DNA of 45,793 nt from Boseongicola sp. Lineage in GTDB: Bacteria > Pseudomonadota > Alphaproteobacteria > Rhodobacterales > Rhodobacteraceae. Positions 20,369 through 28,585 of this stretch are shown here, piece by piece (positions within the stretch are counted from its first letter, which is position 1; each line of letters begins with the position of its first letter). Position numbers and translations under genes: made by a program. The DNA is taken from NCBI GenBank assembly GCA_013042105.1, contig JABDQU010000122.1:1-45793 (forward strand), read 5' to 3'. Under the pieces are notes generated by a model. The model was given only the letters and a program-made list of their open reading frames with translations. It was not told the DNA's origin and ran no database searches.

Positions 20369-21523
20369 TCAGCTTTGCGCCGCGATGGCCTTTGACGGAT
20401 CATAGAACGGCTTTGGAACCACGACAGCGCTACGCGATCCAAACTCGGTCTCAACAACAACACGATTGCCCACCTCAGCCTGATCCACGGCCACCATGGC
20501 CAGCGCGATATTTTTGCCCAACCGAGGCGAATGAACAGCCGAGGTCACATACCCGACCTGAGCCCCCTGCGACGAAATCACCCAAAACGTGTCGTTCGAT
20601 CCAACCAAAGCATCCCCATCCACTTCCAGACCGACAAAGCTTTGCGTCACACCTTGTTTCTTGATCGCCGCCAAGGCCGATTTGCCCACAAAATCAGCCT
20701 CAATCTCAAGGTTCACAAGTCGATCCATCCCCATCTCGTAAGGATTATTCGCAAGCGTCATGTCCGCGTGATAAGACAACATCCCAGCTTCAATGCGACG
20801 GATCGAAGACGTATGACCCGGCTTCAATCCAAGCGGCTGACCGACGGCCATAAGGTGTTCCCACAGCCGATCACCCGCAGACCCGTCACGCAGAAAAATC
20901 TCATACCCCAATTCACTGGACCAACCCGTTCGGGAAATGACAAGCGGCACACCCTCCCAGTCGTATTCCATGAACCAGTAATATTTCAGATCAGTCGGCG
21001 CATCGCCAAATGCCGCCCGCAAAACCTCGCGCGACTTTGGGCCCTGCAGCTGGAGAGGTGACACATCCGGCTCGCCAATCTGCACATCCATCCCGGCATG
21101 CAGCGCCACCCCCTTGGCCCAAAGCAGCACATCACTGTCTGCAATCGATAGCCAGAAATGATTGTCCGCAAGCTTGAGCAGAACCGGATCATTGATAATT
21201 GCGCCGTCCTGATCAGTGATCAAAACGTATTTGCACTGACCGACCTTCATTTTTGAAAGGTCCCGACAGCAAATGTATTGCGTGAACTTCGCAGCATCCG
21301 GACCGGTGATCTCAACTTGCCGCTCAACAGAGACATCACAAAGAATAGCCTCGTTCACGAGGTTCCAGAAATTCTGCACCGGATCGCCAAAATCGCGCGG
21401 GATATACATGTGGTTGTAAACGGAAAAGCCCATTGCCCCCCACCGCTGCGCGGCATCGGAAAAAGGCGATTTACGCACCTGCGTGCCAAAACTGAATTTC
21501 GAAAATGAAAGCGCTTCGTTCAT
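20369..21523 (-). CDS. GcvT-family THF-dependent methyltransferase, DmdA-like paralogue
   Basis: YNHM, DVSVERQVEITGPDA, NDPVLLKL, WLSIADSD and EPDVSPLQLQGP are shared with DmdA. GHTSSIRRIE replaces the DmdA GCPNxIERIE motif. Confidence 0.8.
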   Translation of the reverse strand: MNEALSFSKFSFGTQVRKSPFSDAAQRWGAMGFSVYNHMYIPRDFGDPVQNFWNLVNEAILCDVSVERQVEITGPDAAKFTQYICCRDLSKMKVGQCKYVLITDQDGAIINDPVLLKLADNHFWLSIADSDVLLWAKGVALHAGMDVQIGEPDVSPLQLQGPKSREVLRAAFGDAPTDLKYYWFMEYDWEGVPLVISRTGWSSELGYEIFLRDGSAGDRLWEHLMAVGQPLGLKPGHTSSIRRIEAGMLSYHADMTLANNPYEMGMDRLVNLEIEADFVGKSALAAIKKQGVTQSFVGLEVDGDALVGSNDTFWVISSQGAQVGYVTSAVHSPRLGKNIALAMVAVDQAEVGNRVVVETEFGSRSAVVVPKPFYDPSKAIAAQS

Positions 21524-21569
21524 TTTGCGTCCATGCTTCTCAGGTTTGAGGAACCGTCGGGTGACAAGT

Positions 21570-23183
21570 CTACCGAAACAGCTCGCGAAGTTCGTTTTTC
21601 CGGATTTTGCCGGTCGTTGTCTTTGGCAGGTCCTGAAAAATGACCTTCTTTGGTCTTTGATAGCCCGCCAGACGCGACCTTGCGTGCTCCAGAAGCGCCT
21701 CCTCCGTCACACGCGCCCCGGCCACAAGCTCGACGAATGCACAAGGCACTTCGCCCCACTTTTCGTCCGGCATCGCAACCACTGCCACAAGGCTCACGTC
21801 CGGGTGCGAATAAAGCGCTTTCTCGACCTCGATCGACGAAATGTTCTCGCCCCCCGAAATGATGATATCCTTCGCGCGGTCCCTGATTTCGACGTAGCCA
21901 TCAGGGTGCTGCACAGCAATGTCGCCAGACCAGAACCAACCGTCACGGAAGGCTTTCGCAGTCTCTTCAGGCTGTTTGAAATACCCCTTCATGACGATGT
22001 TGCCGCGAAAGACGATCTCACCTAGCGTTTCACCATCCCATGGGACGGGCTTGCCTGTGTCAGGGTCAAGAACCAACACATCTTCTTCAAGCTCGTAGGC
22101 CACGCCTTGTCGTGCGTTCAGGCGCGCCTGCTCTTCAAGTGGCAGGTTCAGCCAGTCCGGCTTTTTCGCGCAGACGACAGCCGGGCCATAAACCTCGGTC
22201 AAGCCATAGACATGGGTGATCGAAATGCCCATCTCCTCCATGCCTGCGATGACAGATGCCGGTGGCGGTGCCGCGGCGGTCATCATCTTGATATCTTGTG
22301 AGAAATTCCGCCGATCTTCCGGTGCCGCCCCCGAGATCATCGACATAATGATCGGCGCACCACACAAATGCGTCACGCCATGGTCCGCAAAGGCTGCGTA
22401 AATCGCGTCCGCCCGTGGTGCGCGCAAAAACACGTGGGTTCCCGCCAACATCGTGATCGTCCAGGGAAAGCACCAGCCATTGCAATGAAACAGTGGCAGC
22501 GTCCAAAGGTAGACCGGGAAATGCGGCATCTCCCAGGTCACCGTGTTGTTGACCGCATTTGTCCAGGCCCCACGGTGCGAATAAACTACGCCCTTAGGCC
22601 GCCCCGTCGTCCCCGACGTATAATTCAGCGCCAGTGCATCCCACTCGTCATCCGGCAAGACGTAAGCGAAATCAGGATCGCCTTCAGCCAGCAATGCGTC
22701 GTAGGTCAAAGCCCCGATCCGGTCGCCACCCGGCCCTTCCGGGTCCTCAATGTCAACGATCAGCAAATCCCGTTTCGACTGGCGCACAGCCTCCGCCGCC
22801 ATACCGGAAAACTCGGTGTCCACCAGCAGCACCTTCGCTTCGCCATGATCAAGAATGTAAGCAATCGTGCCCGCATCCAGTCGCACGTTGTTGGCGTTCA
22901 GCACCGCCCCCAAAAGCGGCAAAGCCAAAGCGCATTCCAAAGCTTCAGGAATGTTCGGCGCGATCAGAGCAACCGTATCGCCCTTGCCAATCCCACGAGC
23001 CTTCAGAGCCGACGCAAGCCGCTTGCACCGCTCTGCAACCTCGCCCCAATTGCGACGGATCGAGCCGTGAATCTGCGCGGGCAACTCGGGATGAACCCGC
23101 TCAACGCGCTTCAGAACCGAAACCGGCGACAGCGCCGTATGGTTGGCCGCGCACTTTTGCAGTTCGGGGCCGTCGAAGATCAT
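21570..23183 (-). CDS. Acyl-CoA synthetase (AMP-forming), DmdB1-like family
   Basis: YTSGTTGRPKG, LPLFHCNGWCF, YGLTE, DRAKDIIISGGENISS, PKTTTGK. Confidence 0.88.
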   Translation of the reverse strand: MIFDGPELQKCAANHTALSPVSVLKRVERVHPELPAQIHGSIRRNWGEVAERCKRLASALKARGIGKGDTVALIAPNIPEALECALALPLLGAVLNANNVRLDAGTIAYILDHGEAKVLLVDTEFSGMAAEAVRQSKRDLLIVDIEDPEGPGGDRIGALTYDALLAEGDPDFAYVLPDDEWDALALNYTSGTTGRPKGVVYSHRGAWTNAVNNTVTWEMPHFPVYLWTLPLFHCNGWCFPWTITMLAGTHVFLRAPRADAIYAAFADHGVTHLCGAPIIMSMISGAAPEDRRNFSQDIKMMTAAAPPPASVIAGMEEMGISITHVYGLTEVYGPAVVCAKKPDWLNLPLEEQARLNARQGVAYELEEDVLVLDPDTGKPVPWDGETLGEIVFRGNIVMKGYFKQPEETAKAFRDGWFWSGDIAVQHPDGYVEIRDRAKDIIISGGENISSIEVEKALYSHPDVSLVAVVAMPDEKWGEVPCAFVELVAGARVTEEALLEHARSRLAGYQRPKKVIFQDLPKTTTGKIRKNELRELFR

Positions 23184-23995
23184 TTGCCGGTCCAGTCGGG
23201 CATCGGCTCTTTGCGCGTAAACGCTCCGATCCCAGCCTCCGCATCGACGCCCATCATGTTCTCCGCCATCACGCGCCCGGCGAAAGCATAGGCCTCTTCA
23301 AGCGGCATTTCCGCCTGCTCATAAAACGCCCGCTTCCCGATCTTGATCGCCGCTGCCGGTTTGTCGGCAATGGTGCGCGCCATCTCCATGGTCTTTTGCT
23401 CAAGCCCATCACGCGGCACAACCGCGTTGATCAACCCAAAGTCCGCCACCCGCGCAGCCGGCAAAAACTCCCCGAGCAAAAGCATCTCCATCGCCTGTTT
23501 GCGCGGCACATTCCGGCTGAGCGCCACCATGGGCGTTGAACAAAACAGCCCGATATTCACCCCAGACGTCGCAAACCTCGTCTCTTCCGAGGCCACCGCC
23601 AGATCACAGGCCGCTACCAACTGGCACCCGGCCGCCGTCGCGATCCCTTTCACTTCTGCAATGACCGGCTGAGGCAAGCGGACAATCCGCAGCATCATCT
23701 CGGAACAAGTCGCAAAGAGGTCCTGAAAATACTGAAAGCCGCCGTCTGCATCCTGACGCCGCGCAGTCATTTCCTTCAGATTATGACCTGCGCAAAAGTG
23801 GTTACCAGCTGACCGCAGTATCACCGCTTTCACCGAACGGTCCTCCGCAATCTCATCAAACGCCGCGGATAACGCCGCCAGCATCTTCTCGGAAAGCGCA
23901 TTGATCGACTGCGGAGCGTTCAGCGTCAGAATGGTCACGCCAGCGTCGTCCTCGCGCAGCAGGATCGCTTCATCGCTCTGGGTCATATCGTTCAT
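23180..23995 (-). CDS. Enoyl-CoA hydratase/isomerase (ECHDC3-like subfamily)
   Basis: FCAGHNL, ATAAGCQLVAACDL, GVNIGLFCSTP. RBS AAGGGAG precedes ATG 23995. Confidence 0.9.
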   Translation of the reverse strand: MNDMTQSDEAILLREDDAGVTILTLNAPQSINALSEKMLAALSAAFDEIAEDRSVKAVILRSAGNHFCAGHNLKEMTARRQDADGGFQYFQDLFATCSEMMLRIVRLPQPVIAEVKGIATAAGCQLVAACDLAVASEETRFATSGVNIGLFCSTPMVALSRNVPRKQAMEMLLLGEFLPAARVADFGLINAVVPRDGLEQKTMEMARTIADKPAAAIKIGKRAFYEQAEMPLEEAYAFAGRVMAENMMGVDAEAGIGAFTRKEPMPDWTGK

Positions 23996-24065
23996 CTTGT
24001 CGCTCCCTTTCGCGATATACTTAGGCGTCTTTTCAACCGAACAAGCCCCACTCACGATCCGCCTG

Positions 24066-24530
24066 TCAAATCTTCAAATCAAGCCGAGGCTTCCAGAACG
24101 GCCTGAACAACTCGATCTTCGGACAGCGGTTCATCACAACCTGCAACCCGGCCGCTTCCGCCAGTTCAGCCGCCCGGTCATCATAAACCCCGATCTGTCC
24201 CCAAAGCACCTTGGCCCCGATCGCAATCGCCTGTTCAGCAATCCCGTAGAATTCTTCCTTGGGGCGAAACACCTCAACCATGTCCACAGGCCGGTCGATC
24301 TCTTCCAGCGAATGATACACCTTGATCCCGCGAATTTCGCTCAAATTCGGGTTCGGGTTCACCGGGATCATGTCATAGCCCGTCTCGTGCAGAACACGCA
24401 GAACGCCATAGCTGAATTTGGTCTTGTCCGCGCTTGCCCCCACCATCGCGATGGTCTTTACCGATTTCAGAATGCTGGCCAAGTATTTGGAATCGTAATC
24501 ATACAAGTCGTCCAATGCAGCGGCAGGCAT
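24066..24530 (-). CDS. CoA-binding protein (YccU family)
   Basis: TIAMVGAS, IPVNP, VDMVEVFR, LWGQIGV, VMNRCPKIE. Confidence 0.9.
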   Translation of the reverse strand: MPAAALDDLYDYDSKYLASILKSVKTIAMVGASADKTKFSYGVLRVLHETGYDMIPVNPNPNLSEIRGIKVYHSLEEIDRPVDMVEVFRPKEEFYGIAEQAIAIGAKVLWGQIGVYDDRAAELAEAAGLQVVMNRCPKIELFRPFWKPRLDLKI

Positions 24531-24533
24531 GGC

Positions 24534-24902
24534 TCAGACCTCCTTCGGCGTGGCGATATCCGCCTTAAGTTCATGGGGTTGCAAGGGATCCTTGAACGGA
24601 TTGCGATAAAGCCGGTCATGGCTTTCAACCCCGATCTCAATCGTGCAATCAGAGATGGGCCGCGCCACACAAAGCACAACATAACCATCCGAAATCTGGC
24701 GGTTATTCAAGGCAACCTGACGACGTTGATCGACCTGACCCTCGGTTAGCTTGGCCGCACATGTAATGCAGCCGCCATATTTGCACCCATAAGGCAGATC
24801 GACCCCTTGCTCGCGCAAAGTATCCAACAACGGACGCCGCGCATCGACCTCGAAAGTCGCACCCTCGCGGTTTGCAAGCGTTATGACCCGCGTCTCGCTC
24901 AC
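24534..24902 (-). CDS. Plant-type 2Fe-2S ferredoxin with C-terminal extension
   Basis: LPYGCKYGGCITC...VLCVARP. The GTG start at 24902 overlaps the SBP56 stop (GTGA). Confidence 0.88.
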   Translation of the reverse strand: MSETRVITLANREGATFEVDARRPLLDTLREQGVDLPYGCKYGGCITCAAKLTEGQVDQRRQVALNNRQISDGYVVLCVARPISDCTIEIGVESHDRLYRNPFKDPLQPHELKADIATPKEV

Positions 24903-26257
24903 AGCCAGATATCGCTCGTGCAATCCCCGCCCGGATAGCGCGTCTCGTGACAACGGCTCGGCCCGTTCGGCTCCTTACCAAAATCAACAATGAAATCCTC
25001 GTTGATCTTCATACCGCCATTTTCAACATCACAGTCAATCATCACCATGACCCCACCTTGCGTGCGGATCTCGGGGTAAAACTGGTTGTCCCACGTCGAG
25101 AAAAGCGAGGTCGTCACATAAAGCCGCTTGCCGTCCAGCGACAGCTGGAACATCTGCGGCCCGCCCGCCACCGGCACGCCATTCACTTCCGGTGCCTTGT
25201 TGAGCAATCCGCCCATCCACACCTGCCCTGTCAGCTTCGGATTATGCGGATCCGTGATGTCGTATTGGCGCATATCACCATGCAGCCAGTTGTTCAGATA
25301 GAGATACTTATCATCCATCGACACAAGGATCGCCGACATCACACCGGGAATTGGAATGGGCCATTCCGGATGCGGTTCATTCTCCACATCAATAATCTTC
25401 TCCCACTCCCATTTGCCCTCATCGGACTTCCAGAAATGGATCACATTCGCACTGAGCGCCGCCCCGCAGAACCCGTGCGTGCTGTCCGGGTCGTGGTGGA
25501 ACTTCACCTCCAGCGGGATCAATCCATCTTCGCCCAGATACATCGTCTCAATCGGCTCGCGCTTCTCAAAATCCCAAATGTGAAGACGTCGCCCGTATTT
25601 CAGATGCCCCACCTCTTCGAGATCAAACCCCGGCATAAACGTGTTCGGCGCAGCCCATTCCGACGACACCATCACGTTGTGGCGCGGCTGGTACCAGAAA
25701 TCATACCCGAACGGGATGTCCCCCATCGAGTTCTCCCAGCGTCCGATAATCTCGAAGTCCTTGTTCATATGGAGATACCCGCCGGGTGCCTCACCTTTTG
25801 CATCACCCAAAAACGAAATGATGATCTCAGAACCCAGACAATGCACCGTATGAGGTCCAGACAGATCCGCCTTCGCCTTGATCTCGGCCCCCTCAATCAC
25901 CTTATGCAAACGCGGCGCACGCGGGTCGGTCGCCGTATCAACCACGTGGATATTGTTCGACCGCACCCCTGGAACCAGCAGATACTTTCGCGACATCGAA
26001 CTGTCGTCATGACAGGACGAACAGGCATTCCACCCCATATGATGCAACTCGTCCCCAATGCCGGGCATTTCAAGACGGTGGATCACTTGTGAATACGTCG
26101 GGCTTTCAGGATCCGCATCAACGGTCGCAAGGTAATCCGGCTTTTGAATACCGGTGCCTGTGTAAATGGCGATCGTGTAAAGAAGCTTCTCTCGCGGAGC
26201 CTGAATGGCTTCAGCGGGACTCGCATAGCCCGGTCCGCAACACACCCCATCCATCAT
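24899..26257 (-). CDS. Selenium-binding protein SBP56/SELENBP1 family, probable methanethiol oxidase, cytoplasmic
   Basis: CGPGYASP, DELHHMGWNACSSC, GYDFWYQPRHNVMVSSEWAAP, NWLHGD, GGPQM, RYPGGDCTSDIW. No signal peptide. RBS GGAGG. Confidence 0.92.
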   Translation of the reverse strand: MMDGVCCGPGYASPAEAIQAPREKLLYTIAIYTGTGIQKPDYLATVDADPESPTYSQVIHRLEMPGIGDELHHMGWNACSSCHDDSSMSRKYLLVPGVRSNNIHVVDTATDPRAPRLHKVIEGAEIKAKADLSGPHTVHCLGSEIIISFLGDAKGEAPGGYLHMNKDFEIIGRWENSMGDIPFGYDFWYQPRHNVMVSSEWAAPNTFMPGFDLEEVGHLKYGRRLHIWDFEKREPIETMYLGEDGLIPLEVKFHHDPDSTHGFCGAALSANVIHFWKSDEGKWEWEKIIDVENEPHPEWPIPIPGVMSAILVSMDDKYLYLNNWLHGDMRQYDITDPHNPKLTGQVWMGGLLNKAPEVNGVPVAGGPQMFQLSLDGKRLYVTTSLFSTWDNQFYPEIRTQGGVMVMIDCDVENGGMKINEDFIVDFGKEPNGPSRCHETRYPGGDCTSDIWL

Positions 26258-26284
26258 CACGAACCTCCCTTGCGATGCGAACAG

Positions 26285-26305
26285 TAATCTCATAAATCGA
26301 GAATA
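26285..26305. promoter_or_regulatory. Candidate IclR operator in the 69-bp divergent promoter
   Basis: Imperfect palindrome TAATCTCATAAATCGAGAATA with a TCTC-N7-GAGA core. Confidence 0.4.
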
Positions 26306-26326
26306 GCAGTATCACAAGAGAATAAA

Positions 26327-27094
26327 ATGCACCTCGAACGCCTCACCATGATCCTAGAGATCATCGGTCAAAATGGAGAAGCCTCGGTGGCAGACATTGT
26401 CGCGCACTCCGACCTTCCCAAACCCTCTGCTTATCGCCTGGTCAAAGACCTTGCTGCAGTTGGGTTGATCGATCCCGTTTCCCGAGGCCACTTTGCAATC
26501 GGCAGTCGCCTGAAACAGATCGCTCTGACCGATCGCTCAGATGTTGCCCTGATCAGCCTTGCGGCCCCAATTCTGAAGCAAGCCGCAAACGAACACGGCG
26601 CGGCCTTCTTCCTGTCGAGACTGAAAGGTCAGGCTGTCGAAATCATCCACGTCGAGACCCCGCAAATCGGCGTTTCCTACCTTCATCCCGGCCTTGGCAA
26701 ACGCCCGCTCCATGCGTGTTCCTGCTCAAAAGCCGTCCTCGCATTCAACCCCTCACTGGAACCCGCCCAAGACCTTGCTGGCCGTCTCAAAGCCTATACC
26801 GACTTTACACTGACCGACGTGGCTGACCTCCACGCGGAGCTGGTGACTATCCGCGAACGCGGCTTCGCCGAATGCGTCGAAGAAATGGAACGCGGCATGT
26901 GCTCGGTTGCCTCACCACTTGGCAAAACCGGGTTTGGGGCAACGCTTTCAATCGGGGCAACCGGTTCGATGCGCGTTTTCACACCCGAATTTCGCGTGAA
27001 GATCGGAACGTATCTCACAGACTTAGCTACAAAAATCGCATTCACCACCGAAGGCACCGATGATAACACGCCGCAAAGGCAGTTGCGCTCGTGA
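26327..27094 (+). CDS. IclR family transcriptional regulator
   Basis: HTH LPKPSAYRLV, PLHACSCSKAVLAF, IRERGFA..EE.E.G..SVASP. Confidence 0.92.
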   Translation: MHLERLTMILEIIGQNGEASVADIVAHSDLPKPSAYRLVKDLAAVGLIDPVSRGHFAIGSRLKQIALTDRSDVALISLAAPILKQAANEHGAAFFLSRLKGQAVEIIHVETPQIGVSYLHPGLGKRPLHACSCSKAVLAFNPSLEPAQDLAGRLKAYTDFTLTDVADLHAELVTIRERGFAECVEEMERGMCSVASPLGKTGFGATLSIGATGSMRVFTPEFRVKIGTYLTDLATKIAFTTEGTDDNTPQRQLRS

Positions 27095-27132
27095 ACCGGC
27101 TTACCGGGGAAAAGAACTGTCAAAAGCTAGCT

Positions 27133-27924
27133 TTAAGTCAGCTTCTTGTGGACCTCAGGAACAAAGGTCTGGTCCCCCATTGGAGGGCGGACATAGCCAC
27201 GCTGCGCAGGTCGATCTTCCAACACAACCGGCGCGGGCTCAATGTCCTCGTATGGAATAAGAGACAGAAGATGGCTGATGCAATTCAGTCTCGCGTGCTT
27301 CTTCACATCCGAATCCACCACATACCAAGGCGCCTGCTTGATATCGGTGTGCGAGAACATGTCATCCTTGGCTTTCGAATAATCCACCCAACGCTTGCGG
27401 CTCTCCAAATCCATCGGGCTTAATTTCCACTGTTTCGTAGGGTCCGTCAGTCGTTTTTGGAAGCGGCGCTCCTGTTCCTCGTCACTTACGGAAAACCAGT
27501 ATTTGATCAATTGAATGCCCGAGCGAACCAACATGCGCTCAAACTCCGGACAACTGCGCATGAACTCTTTGTATTCCTCGTCGGTGCAAAACCCCATCAC
27601 CCGTTCGACGCCTGCGCGATTGTACCAGGACCGATCAAATATGATGATCTCGCCCGCCGCCGGCAGATGCGACACATAACGCTGAAAATACCACTGCGAC
27701 TTCTCGCGTTCGGTTGGCGCTGGCAAAGCAACGACCTGACATATGCGCGGGTTCATCGCCTCGGTTATGCGCTTGATCGTCCCCCCTTTACCCGCCGCAT
27801 CCCGGCCCTCGAAAATGATCGCAACGCGGTGGCCGGTCGCCTTGACCCACTCCTGCAACTTTACAAGTTCGATCTGCAATCGCGCCAGTTCAGCCTCATA
27901 GGCTGCATTCGTGATCTTCTTCAT
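27133..27924 (-). CDS. ppk2: Polyphosphate kinase 2 (class I-like)
   Basis: FEGRDAAGKGG Walker A, WYFQRY, FDRSWYNRAGVE, WKLSPMD. RBS GGAGGG precedes ATG 27924. Confidence 0.96.
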   Translation of the reverse strand: MKKITNAAYEAELARLQIELVKLQEWVKATGHRVAIIFEGRDAAGKGGTIKRITEAMNPRICQVVALPAPTEREKSQWYFQRYVSHLPAAGEIIIFDRSWYNRAGVERVMGFCTDEEYKEFMRSCPEFERMLVRSGIQLIKYWFSVSDEEQERRFQKRLTDPTKQWKLSPMDLESRKRWVDYSKAKDDMFSHTDIKQAPWYVVDSDVKKHARLNCISHLLSLIPYEDIEPAPVVLEDRPAQRGYVRPPMGDQTFVPEVHKKLT

Positions 27925-28010
27925 TTGCCACCCTCCCTGTGTTTTGTGTGTGCCATCAAACCATATTTCCGAGAAAATCACGACTTCAGCGCCAACTACG
28001 CAACGGCGCG

Positions 28011-28409
28011 CTAATCCCAACTGTCTTTCATGGCCCGCAAAGCATCGGCCCGACTTATCTGTCCGACAAGCCGGCCATCCTCAATGACCGGAAACCGCCG
28101 AAACGCGCTTTGCAGGAAGGCATTGGTTGCCGCAAAAATATCCAGTCCCGCCTCAAGTGTCTGCACATCACGCGACATATACGCCTCAACCCTGCCACCC
28201 CACGACCTGTAATAGCTCGCCTGCATCGCCGCCTTCAGACAGTCCTTCTTGGACAAAACGCCGACCAGCGTTCCGTCATCGGCCAGAACCGGCGCGCCGG
28301 AAATCCGGTTATCAAGCAGAATATTCATCGCGCGATTGATCTCGGTCTGCGGCGAGAGCGTGATCAACTCGCGCGTCATGTAATCTGAAACAAGTGCCAC
28401 ACGTTTCAT
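28011..28409 (-). CDS. Stand-alone CBS-pair protein
   Basis: DYMT...ISGAPV...LVGVLS and YMS...RRFPV..GRLVGQISRAD. The ATG overlaps the nqrM stop. Confidence 0.88.
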   Translation of the reverse strand: MKRVALVSDYMTRELITLSPQTEINRAMNILLDNRISGAPVLADDGTLVGVLSKKDCLKAAMQASYYRSWGGRVEAYMSRDVQTLEAGLDIFAATNAFLQSAFRRFPVIEDGRLVGQISRADALRAMKDSWD

Positions 28410-28576
28410 TTTGGCCCCTTCCCGCGACCAGCCTTGCAGACGCCGCAAGACAGACCCTTGTGGCAGGCCAGACCGCCACAACTGCCCTTGATCGGTGTCC
28501 GCCCTGCCAAAACGCCAACCGCAAGCCCTGCAATCGCAAGAAGCGAGACAACGAACGTCAGAATAATCGTTTCCAT
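28406..28576 (-). CDS. nqrM: Na+-NQR maturation factor NqrM (DUF539), 56 aa, absent from the ORF track
   Basis: Manual translation: METIILTFVVSLLAIAGLAVGVLAGRTPIKGSCGGLACHKGLSCGVCKAGRGKGPK. One TM helix, IKGSCGGL with Cys33, four Cys, RBS GAGGA, located directly after apbE. Confidence 0.9.
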   Translation of the reverse strand: METIILTFVVSLLAIAGLAVGVLAGRTPIKGSCGGLACHKGLSCGVCKAGRGKGPK

Positions 28577-28585
28577 TGGTTCCTC

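Noticed and set aside
20369-21523. Calling this gene dmdA or gcvT
   Set aside because: DmdA-diagnostic motifs differ, and no gcvH or gcvP gene is adjacent.
24899-26257. Calling this gene mtoX
   Set aside because: There is no signal peptide and no sco1/mauG neighbour; it resembles the SELENBP1-type branch.
27123-27134. Perfect 12-bp palindrome AAAGCTAGCTTT at the IclR/ppk2 junction as an att site or terminator
   Set aside because: No matching copy was seen at the right island edge (about 45455), no integrase is present, and the stem is too weak.
27946-27959. Fifth FNR box upstream of ppk2 (GTGTG-TGCC-ATCAA)
   Set aside because: Only one half-site matches; there are three mismatches.
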